The translations under genes were made by a program, and so were the position numbers. A stretch of DNA of 64,000 bases from Cycas panzhihuaensis. Its lineage: Eukaryota; Plantae; Cycadophyta. The notes beneath the pieces were generated by a model. The model had not been told where the DNA came from and searched no databases. It saw only the letters and a list, made by a program, of their open reading frames with translations. The first letter of the stretch is position 1; the number at the start of each line of letters is the position of its first letter. Shown piece by piece: positions 51,901 through 64,000 of the stretch. The stretch covers positions 131,447,741-131,511,740 of the forward strand of contig CM041465.1 of assembly GCA_023213395.1 (NCBI GenBank). The letters run 5' to 3'.

Positions 51901-53197
51901 GACAAGGTCTTTCTGGCAGATTTGATAAATAGAAAGTAGGTTTGGTAATAGACCAGGTACATAGAAAATGCCCTTTATTGATCCATCCTTTAAGGTAACA
52001 TCACTTGATTCTTTGACTTTAAGTTGGGTACCACTTCCAAAAGAAATCTCTTCTTTAGAGTTTGATTTGGATTGATAAGTGGTTAAATTTTTGTAGTGTC
52101 TAGTTATGTGATGGGATGCACCAGAGTCAAGGATCCACTGTGGTGGTTGATTAGTTGGGGCAACAAATGTAGAAGTTGTTGCCATTAGAGAACGATTAAG
52201 AGATTGTCAATTTTGAGGTCATGATTGAGGTTGGGATTGAGGTTGATTTTACAATTCCTTGGGAGCTTTCCTTGCTTCTGAAGCTATTTTACTTATGCAG
52301 ACATCAATAGTGTGGTATTTTTTATGACAATAGGTACAACTAGTATTCTGAGAAGGAGTTACGTTGTTCCTATTATGAAATGACTGATTAGAAATATTCT
52401 GGTATTTAGTTGGACTAGAATACTTAATATTGTTTTGAGAATTAGATTGTGAACCTCTACGAGGTTTCTAAAATTTTGGATTACTATGAAAATTATTCTG
52501 TTATTTATTTTTAATTTGTGGCTTACTTTTAGAAAATAAAGCTTGTAAAGGATCTTTTAATGCCTGTTTGAATTAATATTGTTTGATGTTCGATTAGCTG
52601 GTTTGTCAACTGATTGAATGTTATAGGAGGGTTGCCAGCTTGTTGTCTGGCAGTTAAAAAAAAATAAAATTATTTTGATAACTTGTTTACTACAAGACGT
52701 ACGAGTGTATCGTCGTCTTTAACATGTGCGATTATTTTTTTAGTATCACCTTCTTTAGTTTTGGATTTAATACAGTTTCCTAGATATTTATTAATTAATT
52801 AAATTTTACTTAAAAAATCCTCAACATTGGAAAAATCATCAAAAGTAAAGTTATACAATTGCTTTTCTAAGATAACCATTTGATGTGTATCGACCTTGTC
52901 ATATTTATCTTGCAAAGTTTTCTAGACAGTGGCCAAGTTGTCTATTTTAGAAAACTACCGATTGGTTTCTGGTGAAAGTGAGTTTAATATGGTGCTTAAG
53001 GATACATCTGAGTTTATCAAATATACCATATAACTTTCTGTAGCTTCATCTTTTGGTTTTTTAAATTCACCTGCCATATATCGCCATATCTTTTGCTGTT
53101 TAAGCTGATGGGATATGCGATTCCTCCAATCGGCATAGTTTGAGCTGGTTAATACTGGAATTAGAATGCAGGTGGTTGTCCCTGGCATTAATGCCAT
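49000..53197 (-). pseudogene. copia gag-PR-INT-RT-RH
   Basis: NYADW, WILDSGASHH, TPQQNGV, MDVKSAFLN, SIYGLKQAPRAW, LYVDDIII, IADILTKSL. Confidence 0.95.
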
Positions 53198-54387
53198 ATT
53201 GGGAGTTATAAGGTTTAATTGAAGATTTAAGAATATAAAGGTAGGTGAAAAAAATAATCACATAGTAAAGTTACCAATCATTAGATTAACTTTTCACAAT
53301 CATGATTAAAGAGTAAAAAAAAAAAAACATAGTAGCATGTATTACTAGCTTTTGTCTTAAAGAAAAAAATCACATGTTTTCAAGCAGATAGTTTTCCTTG
53401 AATTGAAAAATAAACAACCCCTTAAAAAATCCCCCTTAAATAGTCCCTTTTCGAAAAAAAAAATCCCCTTAATTTGAGAAATAAATAGTCTCCCTTCATA
53501 AGAATTTAAGTTCCAAGAATATTAAAGTATAAAATTAAAGTAATTAATTATTTTTGTAATTAATTTAATTAGATAATAATAAGACTAATTTGTAAAAATA
53601 AATTTTAATTAATTAAACTTTATTTAAATATCTTGTAATAAAGAGGAATAATACTAGTATAAGAAAAAATGTATTTTGACAAAAAATGTCTATATATAGT
53701 CTATTTAGAAAAGATTATAAAAACTTTATAATAAATAAAGGTTAAATTTTTTTTTATAATAAAGAATAGTATTGATTAAGAGAAGGGCTTATAACATATA
53801 AGGTGACTAATGTAATAACAAAATAAAGGGTAAATGGGGGTGTAAATTTAACGAAAAAAAGTTATAAGAATAAAGGAGAAAGAATTTAAAAAATGAGAAC
53901 ATAAATCAAATGTTGAAAATTAAAATGTTGGCGGGGGGGGGGGAATGTTAAGAATGAAATCAAGTAAAAAGAGGGAGGGTTAATGTTAATTTATTAATGT
54001 GATAGGGGGGGTGTTAACATTAGTTTATTAAATAAAATAATAGAATAAAATTAAATAAAAAATTAAAACAAGCGAACCTGCGGACCTGATGGGTTTTTAG
54101 ATTTTATAAAGGAAAAATGAAATGAAATATAAAATAAGGTCCATGAGAGATTAGGGTAGAAACCCTACCTGGCTTTGTGATGGCGGCGCCCCTTCTTTCT
54201 TTGCAAGTTTGCTTCTTCGATGGCGACGAGGGTTTAGTGAGTTGGGTCTTTGGATCAGTCTGCATATGTATGCCATTGCCTGTGCTTTGGTCGGACTACT
54301 AGCTCTTGGCAACATGGAAATAGAGCTCCCCAGTTGGGAGAACAGGTATCACAAGTCCATTCTTCTACTTCAGGCGCTTCTAGAGGA

Positions 54388-54513
54388 TTTCCCCTTACAT
54401 TTCGAGCAAATCGTATTACGTGATAATGACAGCTTCTTCGAAGTCCTATTGTTCAAGTCCTCCAATGATACTTTCAATGGATGAACAATATCCTCATCTC
54501 TCCTTTGCGTTCG
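54388..54513 (-). pseudogene. Captured fragment of a cytosolic class-A DnaJ (AtJ2/AtJ3-like) gene in the copia leader
   Basis: RTQRRDEDIVHPLKVSLEDLNNRTSKKLSLSRNTICSKCKGK versus the plant J2/J3 pattern RRQRRGEDVVHPLKVSLEDLY.GT.KKLSLSRN..CSKC.GK. Confidence 0.9.
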
Positions 54514-54748
54514 AATCTACAAATGTGATCTACAGCATAGGGCAGATGCAGAGGTGGCACTCCACGTAGAGAAACAAGCTCCATGCAACGATCTAGATGG
54601 AGGAGGCTTTAATGATCTGGAGAATAGAGGCTTATGATCTAACATGCAGAGCCTTATGACATTCAAGAGAATGGGGAGGAACAGAGGTTTACCGACCCCA
54701 AACCATGGTAAAACCCCCAACAATAAGCAGAGACCCTCATCTCATGCT

Positions 54749-55033
54749 TTGAGCATTTCTCCTCTCTATGTCTACAAGAGCACTTTTGCTAAAGATGTTA
54801 AGCATTCCAAGACCAATAAAGAGATTTATGGCATGTTGTCCTTTGTCTTTTGGACTCTGACTTTGGTGCCATTGTTCAAGTATATCTTTATAGTGCTAAG
54901 AGCTGATGACAATGGGGAAGGGGGCACTATTGCCTTGTATTCTTTAATATGCAGGTATGCCAAAGTAAGCCTTTTACCAAATCATCAGATTGTTGACGAG
55001 GAAGTCTCTACATATATATTAGAATACCCTCCC
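54749..55033 (+). pseudogene. Captured KUP/HAK/KT potassium transporter fragment (KUP2-like), antisense to the copia element
   Basis: [80 protein letters not shown]. Confidence 0.95.
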
Positions 55034-55052
55034 TACATTGCTTTTCACAAGA

Positions 55053-55127
55053 TCTAGACTCGAGCTTTCTATGACAAAAGAACGTCATGAATATGTGGTG
55101 GTTCCTATCTTGTGTTTTATATTGGTC
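55053..55127 (+). pseudogene. Second, more downstream KUP/HAK fragment
   Basis: [25 protein letters not shown] versus KUP2-type SGLEL.MSKEHHQYAVIPITCFILV. Confidence 0.85.
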
Positions 55128-55899
55128 TTACACTGGGGCGCAGGCTAAGTGTATCTCTGGGCAATGGCATAAAGATGAAAGAAGTTGAAGGCAAGCCTCT
55201 AGTAGATATTAGTGGTCTGATACCATGTAGAAATAGGCACATGCATAATGTCATCACAAGATCACATAGACAAGAAATTATAAGTAACAAATGACATTAC
55301 AAATATACACCAGATTGACAGATGGAAAACCTCTTATGGGGAAGAAAAACCACCTCCTGAAGTTGTATTTTTATTAAGAATAGTGATAAATAGGATACCA
55401 TATACTGAAACCACCTAACCACCAAACCAGCCTTTGAAAAGGATTTTAGGCAGCCCTCCTAGATTCTCGGAACCACCTCCTTGAATTTAGGAGAAGAATT
55501 AATACGAAGAAAGGTTCATTGAAATACAGTTATGCATTTTAATCACCTTCCACATAAGATTAAAATAAACTCTAAAGTTAAACATAAGAATGACTTAAAT
55601 ACTAATTTAAACATGTGACATAAATAAGAACTTAAAAAGAACATAAAAGTGACATTACAAAAGGTTACATTAATATTCCTAACAAATGGAATGCCATGTT
55701 TGAAGCATATTTTTAATCTAATTATATATTTTTGAGGGAAAATATATGCCAAATATCAGCTCTATTGTTCATTTTTCTTATTCTAAATATTGTGCCTAAA
55801 TAATTCAACTATGATAATAGAACAAAGACATGAAAATGTTCACTCTATGTGACATGAAAGGAGATGAGGATGGTTTATTTTTTGTACTACCTATAAAAT

Positions 55900-57550
55900 C
55901 TATGTTAGCTCATCTCAAATGTGATTAAAAAATTACGTGTACAGTATTTACCACATTACATACTTCTTGTCTCAAATGTTTAGAAAAATTATCGTATTTA
56001 ATGTGTATATGTATGAGATTACTCATTTCTCTTTAAAATTTTTATGCAAGCTAATTGGTTCAGAAAATTATTCAATGAACATGATATATAAAATTGAGAG
56101 CTTTAGTTTGCAGTGAGAACTTAGAATATCATAAAATATCTACACAATGGGGATTGATTCAATCTCTAGAATTGTGTAAGCCTAATCATGTAGTACTACT
56201 TAACAACCTCTTCCAAACTAGCCTACGACTATTTTAAGGCCATTTTGAGAAAACAAATGTATTTTGATAATACCTACAAATAAATTTAACTAAGAAAATG
56301 AACAAAAAAAATCTAAAATACTAATGAACATTTGGTGTAGGATTTAGGTGACTTGGTGATCATTTGTTTCTAACCAATGGCCTATATATACTTTTCACTG
56401 TAATTGATGATGCATTTTCTATAAGTTTGTATGAAATTAGCATTCCAAACATAATTTAAATTTCATTCTTGAATGCACTATACTTGAAATTTGGCTTTAA
56501 TACTATCTATCAGGTAATGGTTATAACTTTCCTTAGGTCAAGAAATAGTAATAATATGTGTTACACATGTAAGGATGGCTACATGGCTATATTAGGTTTG
56601 GATTTATGATGATGGATCAATGCATTTTATTTTTACTTTTTGTTCAAATGGTTAGAGACTCCTAAGCTTTAGACCTAAATTATTCTATATCCTTGTGATT
56701 CTATAATAGCAACCTTTTCACATTTAAATCTACTTTGAAGTACTTCAAATATTCCTTTTCCTTTTACACCATTTTTGTCTAGTAAGATCCATTAATATCT
56801 TATTAATTCCTTACAAATGTCATTTAATATCAATATAAGGCTAATACCTATAGGTCATATCTTAAGAGATTTTAAGTCTCCAAGAAGGCAAATGAATTGG
56901 CATTATTTACGTAAATCCTCCAAAACATATACTCTAGTGTTTATCCCATCCTTGGTACCAAGAAGTAAGGCAAAATTTGTATTGTCTCTTATAGTTGAAA
57001 GTATAGTTTAATCATTATTACCTTTCTCTAGGAAACATGATATGGAAGCTAATTCTTCTATTTGTTCTAATACCATAACAAACTCTTATGAGTGACTATT
57101 GATGGTTTCCACTATTGATTTACTTATATTCATGGCTTTCCCATACTTTCCTAGCTCCCAAAGATTCAAATTTATGCTATATTATATATCACACTTATGC
57201 TCATGATCAAAGGCATATATAATACCTTTAAGATCTAAAGCATTGGTTATGTTAGGATTTGAGTAGGAGGGAAGTTGAACCCATTGATTTGGATCAATAT
57301 AGTATACCACTACCTCTTTCATAACCAAAGTAAAATAATTATCATTGTTGATAATGTACAAAATTTTGGAATCTTGTTTAAAGGGCTTTATTGTGCGTTC
57401 TTTAAAATTTCATGGTTTGTTGCCTTTGTATCATGCATAATCTAGTGAGAGAACAATTTGTAAAAATCAAGGGTCAAAGTGTTATATACCTAACTACCTT
57501 TCAATACATCTACCTTCTTCCTCTTTTCTCTTTGATGTGCCTTCTTCTTC
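55900..57550 (-). mobile_element. Very degenerate hAT-like transposase remnant
   Basis: Frameshifted minus-strand pieces PIV*IFY..SLQTKAL and KRNE.SHTYTH.IR (55930-56160) resemble the hAT dimerisation motif (WW..YG..LQ..A / ERNWS...IH..RN). Confidence 0.35.
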
Positions 57551-59845
57551 TTCTCCTTCTTCTTCTTCACTAGTCTCTTATTATAATTATTTTACATGCA
57601 TTAGCTAAGAGGGATGAGCAACCTTGGTAGCTTTATATATATACACTCCGCTCTTGTAAATGACACCTTTGAGCATTATTTGAAAAAATCATTTAATTGG
57701 CTATATCACTCTCCTAGAGGCTCCAATTATCCTAAAAATTTATGGGGCTGTATAAAACCCCATTTTGGATAATTTTATCTTCGATAGTACAAAGCAAAAT
57801 TTTGCTTCAAATTTCTAGAAATTGTAAATTTATGATTTTTTATATTTTAGCCACAATTCCTCAATTGTTCAAAATTTAGCTATAGATATATATCATCATT
57901 TTGAACAAAAGACCCTCTTATAATAGTTGCTAGTTCTTAGCCTATGAATCTTAGGTTGGAAAAAGGTTGTTATGATTAAAAAGGAGGTTGGGCCTAAAAG
58001 GAGTCCATAGACCACTCAAGTAGGATCTAGCCTACCATTAAGGAATACTAAATAGGTAATGGATTAGATGAATATAAAATATTAGAATAAAATAGAGGGA
58101 GGCCCCTAAGATAATGAGATAATTATTACACATAAGAGGCAAATATAGAAGGCAAAAAAGGTCTAAAGTTAAGATGTGTACTTTAGGCTTTGAAGTTATA
58201 GGATAAGTATGAGGGATCCTCACAAAGGTAAGTTATAAACCAAACAGAGTCTTGCCCTATCATAAAGGGCTTGAATGAGGAAGAGAGGGGCAATCAATAA
58301 TGTGATGAAAAGCTAACACCTAACTAGTAAGTCCTTAATATAGTTGCCAGTGAATGTAGATGGATGAGAGGAGAGGATGTGAAAACATGATCCTATGATA
58401 GACCTGAAGGGTGAGGGGGGTCCTAGTAGAGAGTGGCACAAACACACACCTCTTCTGGGGTGCTTATGCATCTCTCATATGTGGGTGTAGGGATGATAAA
58501 TAAATTATTTGCTAGGCTAATATAAGGGCAACATATCAGTGTGTACTACATACTAGAGAAAGAAAAGAAAGGAAAAGAACCTAAAGAATAAATAAACACT
58601 AACTAGAAACTCAAAAAAAATTACATAAGCAGGTAGATGAGAGAATTGTGCATCAAATAAGAAAGAAAACAAAAACCTAAATAAAGAGACCTAAGATACT
58701 ATTAATCAAATAAATCAATTAACATCCTCAAAAGGGCCAAATAGCATACTAAAAGCCCTAATTATGAGAGGAGGTTAATTAAACATAAATGTCCAAAAGA
58801 AAACTCCTATCCTATGCAACTATACCAACCAAGGTAGACTAACCTATCCTAACTTAGACTCCTTTACAACCTTAAGACAATGGATTTGATCTATGAGAAT
58901 TGGCAAAAAGACTACCAAGAGTGAGGGGTATGAAGGAACCAAGACCATAGGATAGTCCTACTTATAGTTAAGTTAGTGGGGACTCATTAATATTAGTGAT
59001 GGCACTTACATAAATATGAGGTGGCTTGATAATGTCTGTATATGATTCTAATAAACCTTAGGCTCCCAAGAGGTGAAGAAGAAGATGGAACTGCTCTTAG
59101 TGAGATAAATAAAGTTCACTCAACTATCCATATCCCATGTGTAAGCATATGGTAAGGAGAGATACCTTTCATTACTCCATTCAAAACATAGATATGGAGG
59201 ACTCAATGCACCTAAAAACATAAGACTAGGTCTCTCATCTAGCGATGAATCCTAAGTAGAGAAACATCAATCCTTACACATTAGAATGAGAATAGACATT
59301 AATCTTAAAAGAGACTAAGAGAAAATAACAGATAGTCTAAATATAACTAATATGAGATTTTGTCTATATATAAGTAATGAATAATCTAACTTAGCAAAAA
59401 AAAGTATATTCCTATAGATTTGAGGACTCATGATAGGTACAGACCTCTTCCTCATTCACTCTTCGAGAATACATACACCTAAAAGATACAAATATAAATG
59501 TAGTATAGAAAAAAGAGAAAAAATTATTTTTGGTCCTCCTTTTGTATTCCTTTTTATGAGCTTTTCTTTTTGTGAAATGAAAGTTTATATGCAAGGGAGG
59601 GAGGGAGTAGGCAACAATGAATAATTAACAAGTAATAGATCTTTCTTATCCTTTTTATTTTCAAAGGAATCTAAAGAACAAAATAACACTTTTAAGTTTT
59701 TTCTTTTGAAATTAAATCTATAAAAGAAGGGTTTTTGAAGAATACTTAGAATGTCAACCAAATATTTAGACTTATTCCATTTTAGAGCATTTTTTACCCA
59801 TAGTTTTGTAAGTTACCAACACACTCAAAATAGGGTTAGGTGAAT

Positions 59846-59912
59846 ATATATACATACATACATACATACATACATCTATATATATATATATAGATATATA
59901 AATATAAATATA
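59846..59912. repeat. Compound (TA)n/(TACA)n microsatellite
   Basis: ATATATACATACATACATACATACATC TATATATATATATAGATATATA. Confidence 0.9.
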
Positions 59913-60779
59913 TAATTGATTTCTAGGAAAAAAATAATAATAGTTCTGTTTGCCAGATTAACCTATAATAAATAAAAAAAATAAAAATAAAAAAATCAAA
60001 TGTGATAGAAATTAATTTAAAAGTATAATTTTGATATGAATATTTTGTTGCTTTCTAGGATGATTTTAGAAGTGTAACAACTATATAATAGGTATTTAAC
60101 TTTTGTGGGAAGGAAAATGAAGGAAGAGGAAAGGAGGGGGCTCCTTTAACTACTCTACGATCACTCAAACCTATATAAAAATCCTTAACGAAGCTTCTCC
60201 ACTTACATAAATTATTCTCTCTAATAAAAATCTATAATAAATAGGTGGAAACGCTAACAAATAAATATTAAAATTTAAACTTAAAACAAGTAAGAAAATG
60301 GTGTGAAAGGGGACCTTAAAAATTACAGATTGACCACTCTTTTCTAGAGACAAATGAGTAATATTGGACCGTTTTTCTTTTGTAAGACTCTAATAGTCAA
60401 ATAGAGTAAAATATGTAAGAGTAAGAGGATTAAAACCAAGATAAAAGCAAGTATAACATAGGGCAACTTAATATTAGAAAAAAATAACAAAATCTTGGGA
60501 GAAGGATGAAAATATTAGTAATGTGGGGAGTGTTACCCCTATTCTAAGTGATGGAGTGATGTTAGTTATGATGATGAAATCTAGCCAAAGAGTACTCTAA
60601 CAAAGTTCAATGTTGAAGCCTTAAGCTAAGAGTGGAAGTTAACCAATCAAACTTAAAAGCTATGGGGTTTTTGTAGAGATTTTGACATCATAATGATAAT
60701 ATAACAATCCAAAAATTGTTCTCTCCTTTCCAATGAAAATGGTGTGGGGGGAGGTTGTATAAATAGAGAATGGTAGAGG

Positions 60780-62450
60780 TTTGGACCCATGGTTTCAATA
60801 CCATAGATTTGGAGGAATCTATAGGCCAAAGCCATGGGAAGAAAGCCCATGGTTTAGGGGCTAAAATAATTGATTAACTCATAATAGCTCATGGTTTTAA
60901 TTCAAACCCATAAGAGGTCCATGGGTTTTATAAAATTGGGAGGTAGGTTTATGTATGCGTTCCATGAATATGCGACCAAACATGGGCCTTAAAAAAATTT
61001 TAAAGTTATGAAATTAGTACCATGAAGTTTACCACAATACCACAAAGCTCTAATTTTTTTGTAATTTCAAGTGAAAATCAAAATGGGATGATAAAAATTA
61101 AAGTAGTCTAGATAGAAATCAAAGTGGTATAGGCAACAATCATAGTGGTGCAAGTGGAAGAATGGTGAAAATAAAATAATTTTGAAGAAAATTGATCCAA
61201 AAGAGTAGGTTGAGTAAAAGAAAACTACAAATAAGGGAATAAGAAAGGTAATATATGTCTTATAGAGGTACTAGAAGGTTGTTCTTAACCCATCAAGCTC
61301 AAATGGACAACTATAAAGCCACCAACCATAGTAAAAAATTATCATCAACTAATAACATATACACTCATCAAACAAAACAACATAAAAAAAAAAGTATGGG
61401 CTTATAAGAGAACTAATCTAAGCTAAACTAGAAGGCAAGAGGTGCGTACCTTTACTCACCTATTAGTGTGACATTTGTAAAGTTTTTAGATTGAAAAAAA
61501 TACTAGTTATTATTATGTAATTAGTTTATTAGGCTATGGAGTTGAGTATTAAAATAAGAAAACAAAAAAAGGAAGGGCATTGAGCTTCTATTGTGATTTG
61601 TATTAAAAAAATACTACTTGTGACTAGTAGCTATAATCATTTAGTACCTTAATATGATGGATGGTACGTATATTAAATGAGAACAGGGGGAGTTCTCTTG
61701 GTTAATATAAGTGTAAGAGTAGGTATGGGAATATGCTTTAGAATTAGAATCAGAATTAGGTTGCTAATCAAAATTTATCAAACCACCACAAGATGCTTAT
61801 TATAGTTAATACCAAATTGATTGTCTATCTATATCAAATTGAGAGGAGCATTGTTATAAAAATCTTGGACTTCTATGAAGGAATCAATCATATATCTTTG
61901 CCAAAATATTTTTATGGATAGGTTTCAAACCCTATGAATCAATATGCAGACCACTCTCAGTTGCCAAAGTTTAAGAAAAACATCATCTCCATGCAAGTGT
62001 TATAGACCAAGGGTTTTTTAGGGATGTGTATAGAATATGTAGAGCTAATTGGATATAAAAAAGGACTCAAAGTGCCTTGCAGATGTGGATGAGGTAATTT
62101 TGAGAATGTGATTACCATTTTAGTGATGAATATTATAAAGTATAGAGAATCATATTGAGTGGCATTTAATAGATGCTTTTGGTGAAGAGGTCATTACCTT
62201 ACAAAATAGGATCAACATAATTAACCAAGGCTCATGAAGTCTTACAATGAGAGGATGATTTAAATAAAATTATCCAACTTGTTGGGAAAGATGTTTTAGT
62301 AGAAGCTAATAAGATCATACTAAAGATTGCTAAACTCCTAAGAGAAAATTATTTGGCTTAAAATGCATTTACTTTGTATTATAAATTCTGTTCATTTTAT
62401 AAGTTTGTACGGATGATGTAAAATATAAACCAAGTTATTATACTAGCTAA
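60780..62450 (+). mobile_element. Possible degenerate hAT-like element (subterminal CCATGG repeats plus transposase traces)
   Basis: Cluster of (C/T)CATGG(G)TTT motifs at 60786-60930. Weak frameshifted traces such as MMDG and MCIEYVELI..LKV..ADVDE. Confidence 0.3.
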
Positions 62451-64000
62451 TCAAGTTATAGAGTGCAAATAAGATTCAATTAGTTCAAGTATATATTAAA
62501 TGTAGAAATGCCAAAGAAAGCATAAACCAAAATGTCACCCATGGAGATTATGCCATCACCCATAGAGATTACACATGAATTAACCAAATGAAGAATGAGA
62601 CCCAAATAAATTGAAGTGAACATATGCGCAAAAATGGGTAACGTAAGTATAAAGGAGACGAAATCTGTTAACTTAAGATAAATTAATTTTTATTTATTTA
62701 TAAAATGGTTGATGTATTACACCATTTTAAAGTTTTTTTTTAGTTATAGTTAGCCCCATTAATATACCAGCCCCTATTCATATTGAGTGAAAAAGGATTA
62801 TGTTAGTTTTTAGCTCCTCGAGGGGCCGGTTATGAAAATGAAGAGTGACTTTTCACTATAAATTTTTGTGTTATTTATATTGAACATGGTTATATAATGA
62901 GATTTTGGCTCCTTGCATGGTGACTAATGACTTTAATATTTTACTAGCACTATACAAAGTGACTAGGGTTGATAAAGTGTATATGAATTAATAACTAAAA
63001 AGGTTCACATCACTTGGGATATTATCTTTAATGAATTTGACAAACAGGTTATAGATGTCATTTTCAAAGAGACTAATAAGTAGGAGATAGATTGAGATCA
63101 AGATGTAGACACCTAGAAGATTTGGAAAGATAAAAGAAAACAAATCAAGGAACATGCTTAATTTAGTTCTTCAAGTCTACATATTATCGAGCCAAAGACC
63201 GATCCAAAGGAAGAAAAAGAAGACGGGGGTGAGGAGGTATTTGAATATGTTTAAGAAACATAACTAAAGATACATCTTAAGGGTATTCAACCCATTAAAA
63301 TTTCCACATGGTACTTGAAGACCATTGAGCAAGCTCAATTGCTTGAGATAGAGAAAAAAGAAAATTAAGGATAAAACTTGATATTATTAATTTGATAGCA
63401 AGCTAGTCCAATAAATTTAGTTGATCATATAAATATTAAGAGGGAGTATTAGAATTAATATTTATATATAGATAAATTAGTATTGAGTCATCAAGGTTGA
63501 TTACAAATGTCATTAGAGTTATAAGTACTTAATAGACCTATGACATATATTAGGGCAGTTATGAGTCCTATTTTGGATTGGTATTGATCTTATACATATA
63601 TTAGAATAGAGGTTATATTATATGTATGATGGAGATTCATTCTTAATGAATAAAAATAACTTAATAGTAGACTAATTCTACCTAATTTCTATCTTTTATC
63701 TCAAGGTTCCTTTTGATCATAAAACTCATAATTTTAACTATAAAACCATGATTTATATCCCTTACCCTTATTGAGGCTTGACTTATAAGGTCCTACATAT
63801 TTGACGGTATTGTTTAGATGTCAAATATATTTAGAAAATTGGCATTAACAATGTATTGCTTATTTTATTACATAAGTTATGCCACTTTTTTATATCTTAT
63901 ATTATTGGCTTTGTAATTTCTCACACATCATAATGTTTATTCTTTCTCCTTAATAAAAAAAGGTTGCAAGGATAAATCTTTAATGAGTTAGTCATTAAAA

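Larger units (their letters stand above)
48464..55684 (-). mobile_element. Ty1/copia LTR retrotransposon, full length, decayed
   Basis: 459-bp LTRs 48464-48922 and 55226-55684 (TG..CA). TSD AATGG. PBS TGGTATCAGACC (tRNA-iMet) at 55214-55225. PPT AAAAGGGGA at 48923-48931. Confidence 0.96.

Noticed and set aside
54644-55057. 137-aa ORF as a functional KUP gene
   Set aside because: It is only an internal fragment with an unrelated N-terminus, and it lies inside a copia leader.
57890-59845. Possible solo LTR or LTR remnant (also 63400-63830)
   Set aside because: The composition is LTR-like, but I found no TG..CA ends, TSD or second copy.
62535-62576. 21-bp direct repeat TCACCCATRGAGATTA
   Set aside because: It has only two copies and is ordinary slippage.

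Overview
This is plant nuclear heterochromatin made almost entirely of nested, decayed mobile elements, and I found no intact host gene. From left to right: (1) the CpG-rich 3' end of a young LTR (1-846) interrupting an L1-like LINE; (2) an endogenous caulimovirid RT/RNase H fragment (~2881-3560) hit by LINEs, one nested inside another; (3) an old Ty3/gypsy element A (13758-46047, TSD GAAAC) whose left junction has been tandemly duplicated; (4) a 21.8-kb Tat/Ogre-type element B (16317-38084, minus strand, 3.1-kb LTRs, TSD CTAAC, tRNA-Arg PBS) inserted into a gag zinc knuckle of A; (5) a Ty1/copia element (48464-55684, minus strand, TSD AATGG); (6) weak hAT-like remnants. There are two main observations. 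First, element B carries, downstream of integrase, two copies of a 3.84-kb head-to-head cassette: a stand-alone archaeal-type RNase H gene and a spliced antisense plant-mobile-domain (PMD) gene around one TATA box. Second, the copia 5' leader is a mosaic of host gene pieces (intronless KUP/HAK transporter fragments antisense, a DnaJ fragment sense). All calls come from manual reading and translation; no database searches were run.
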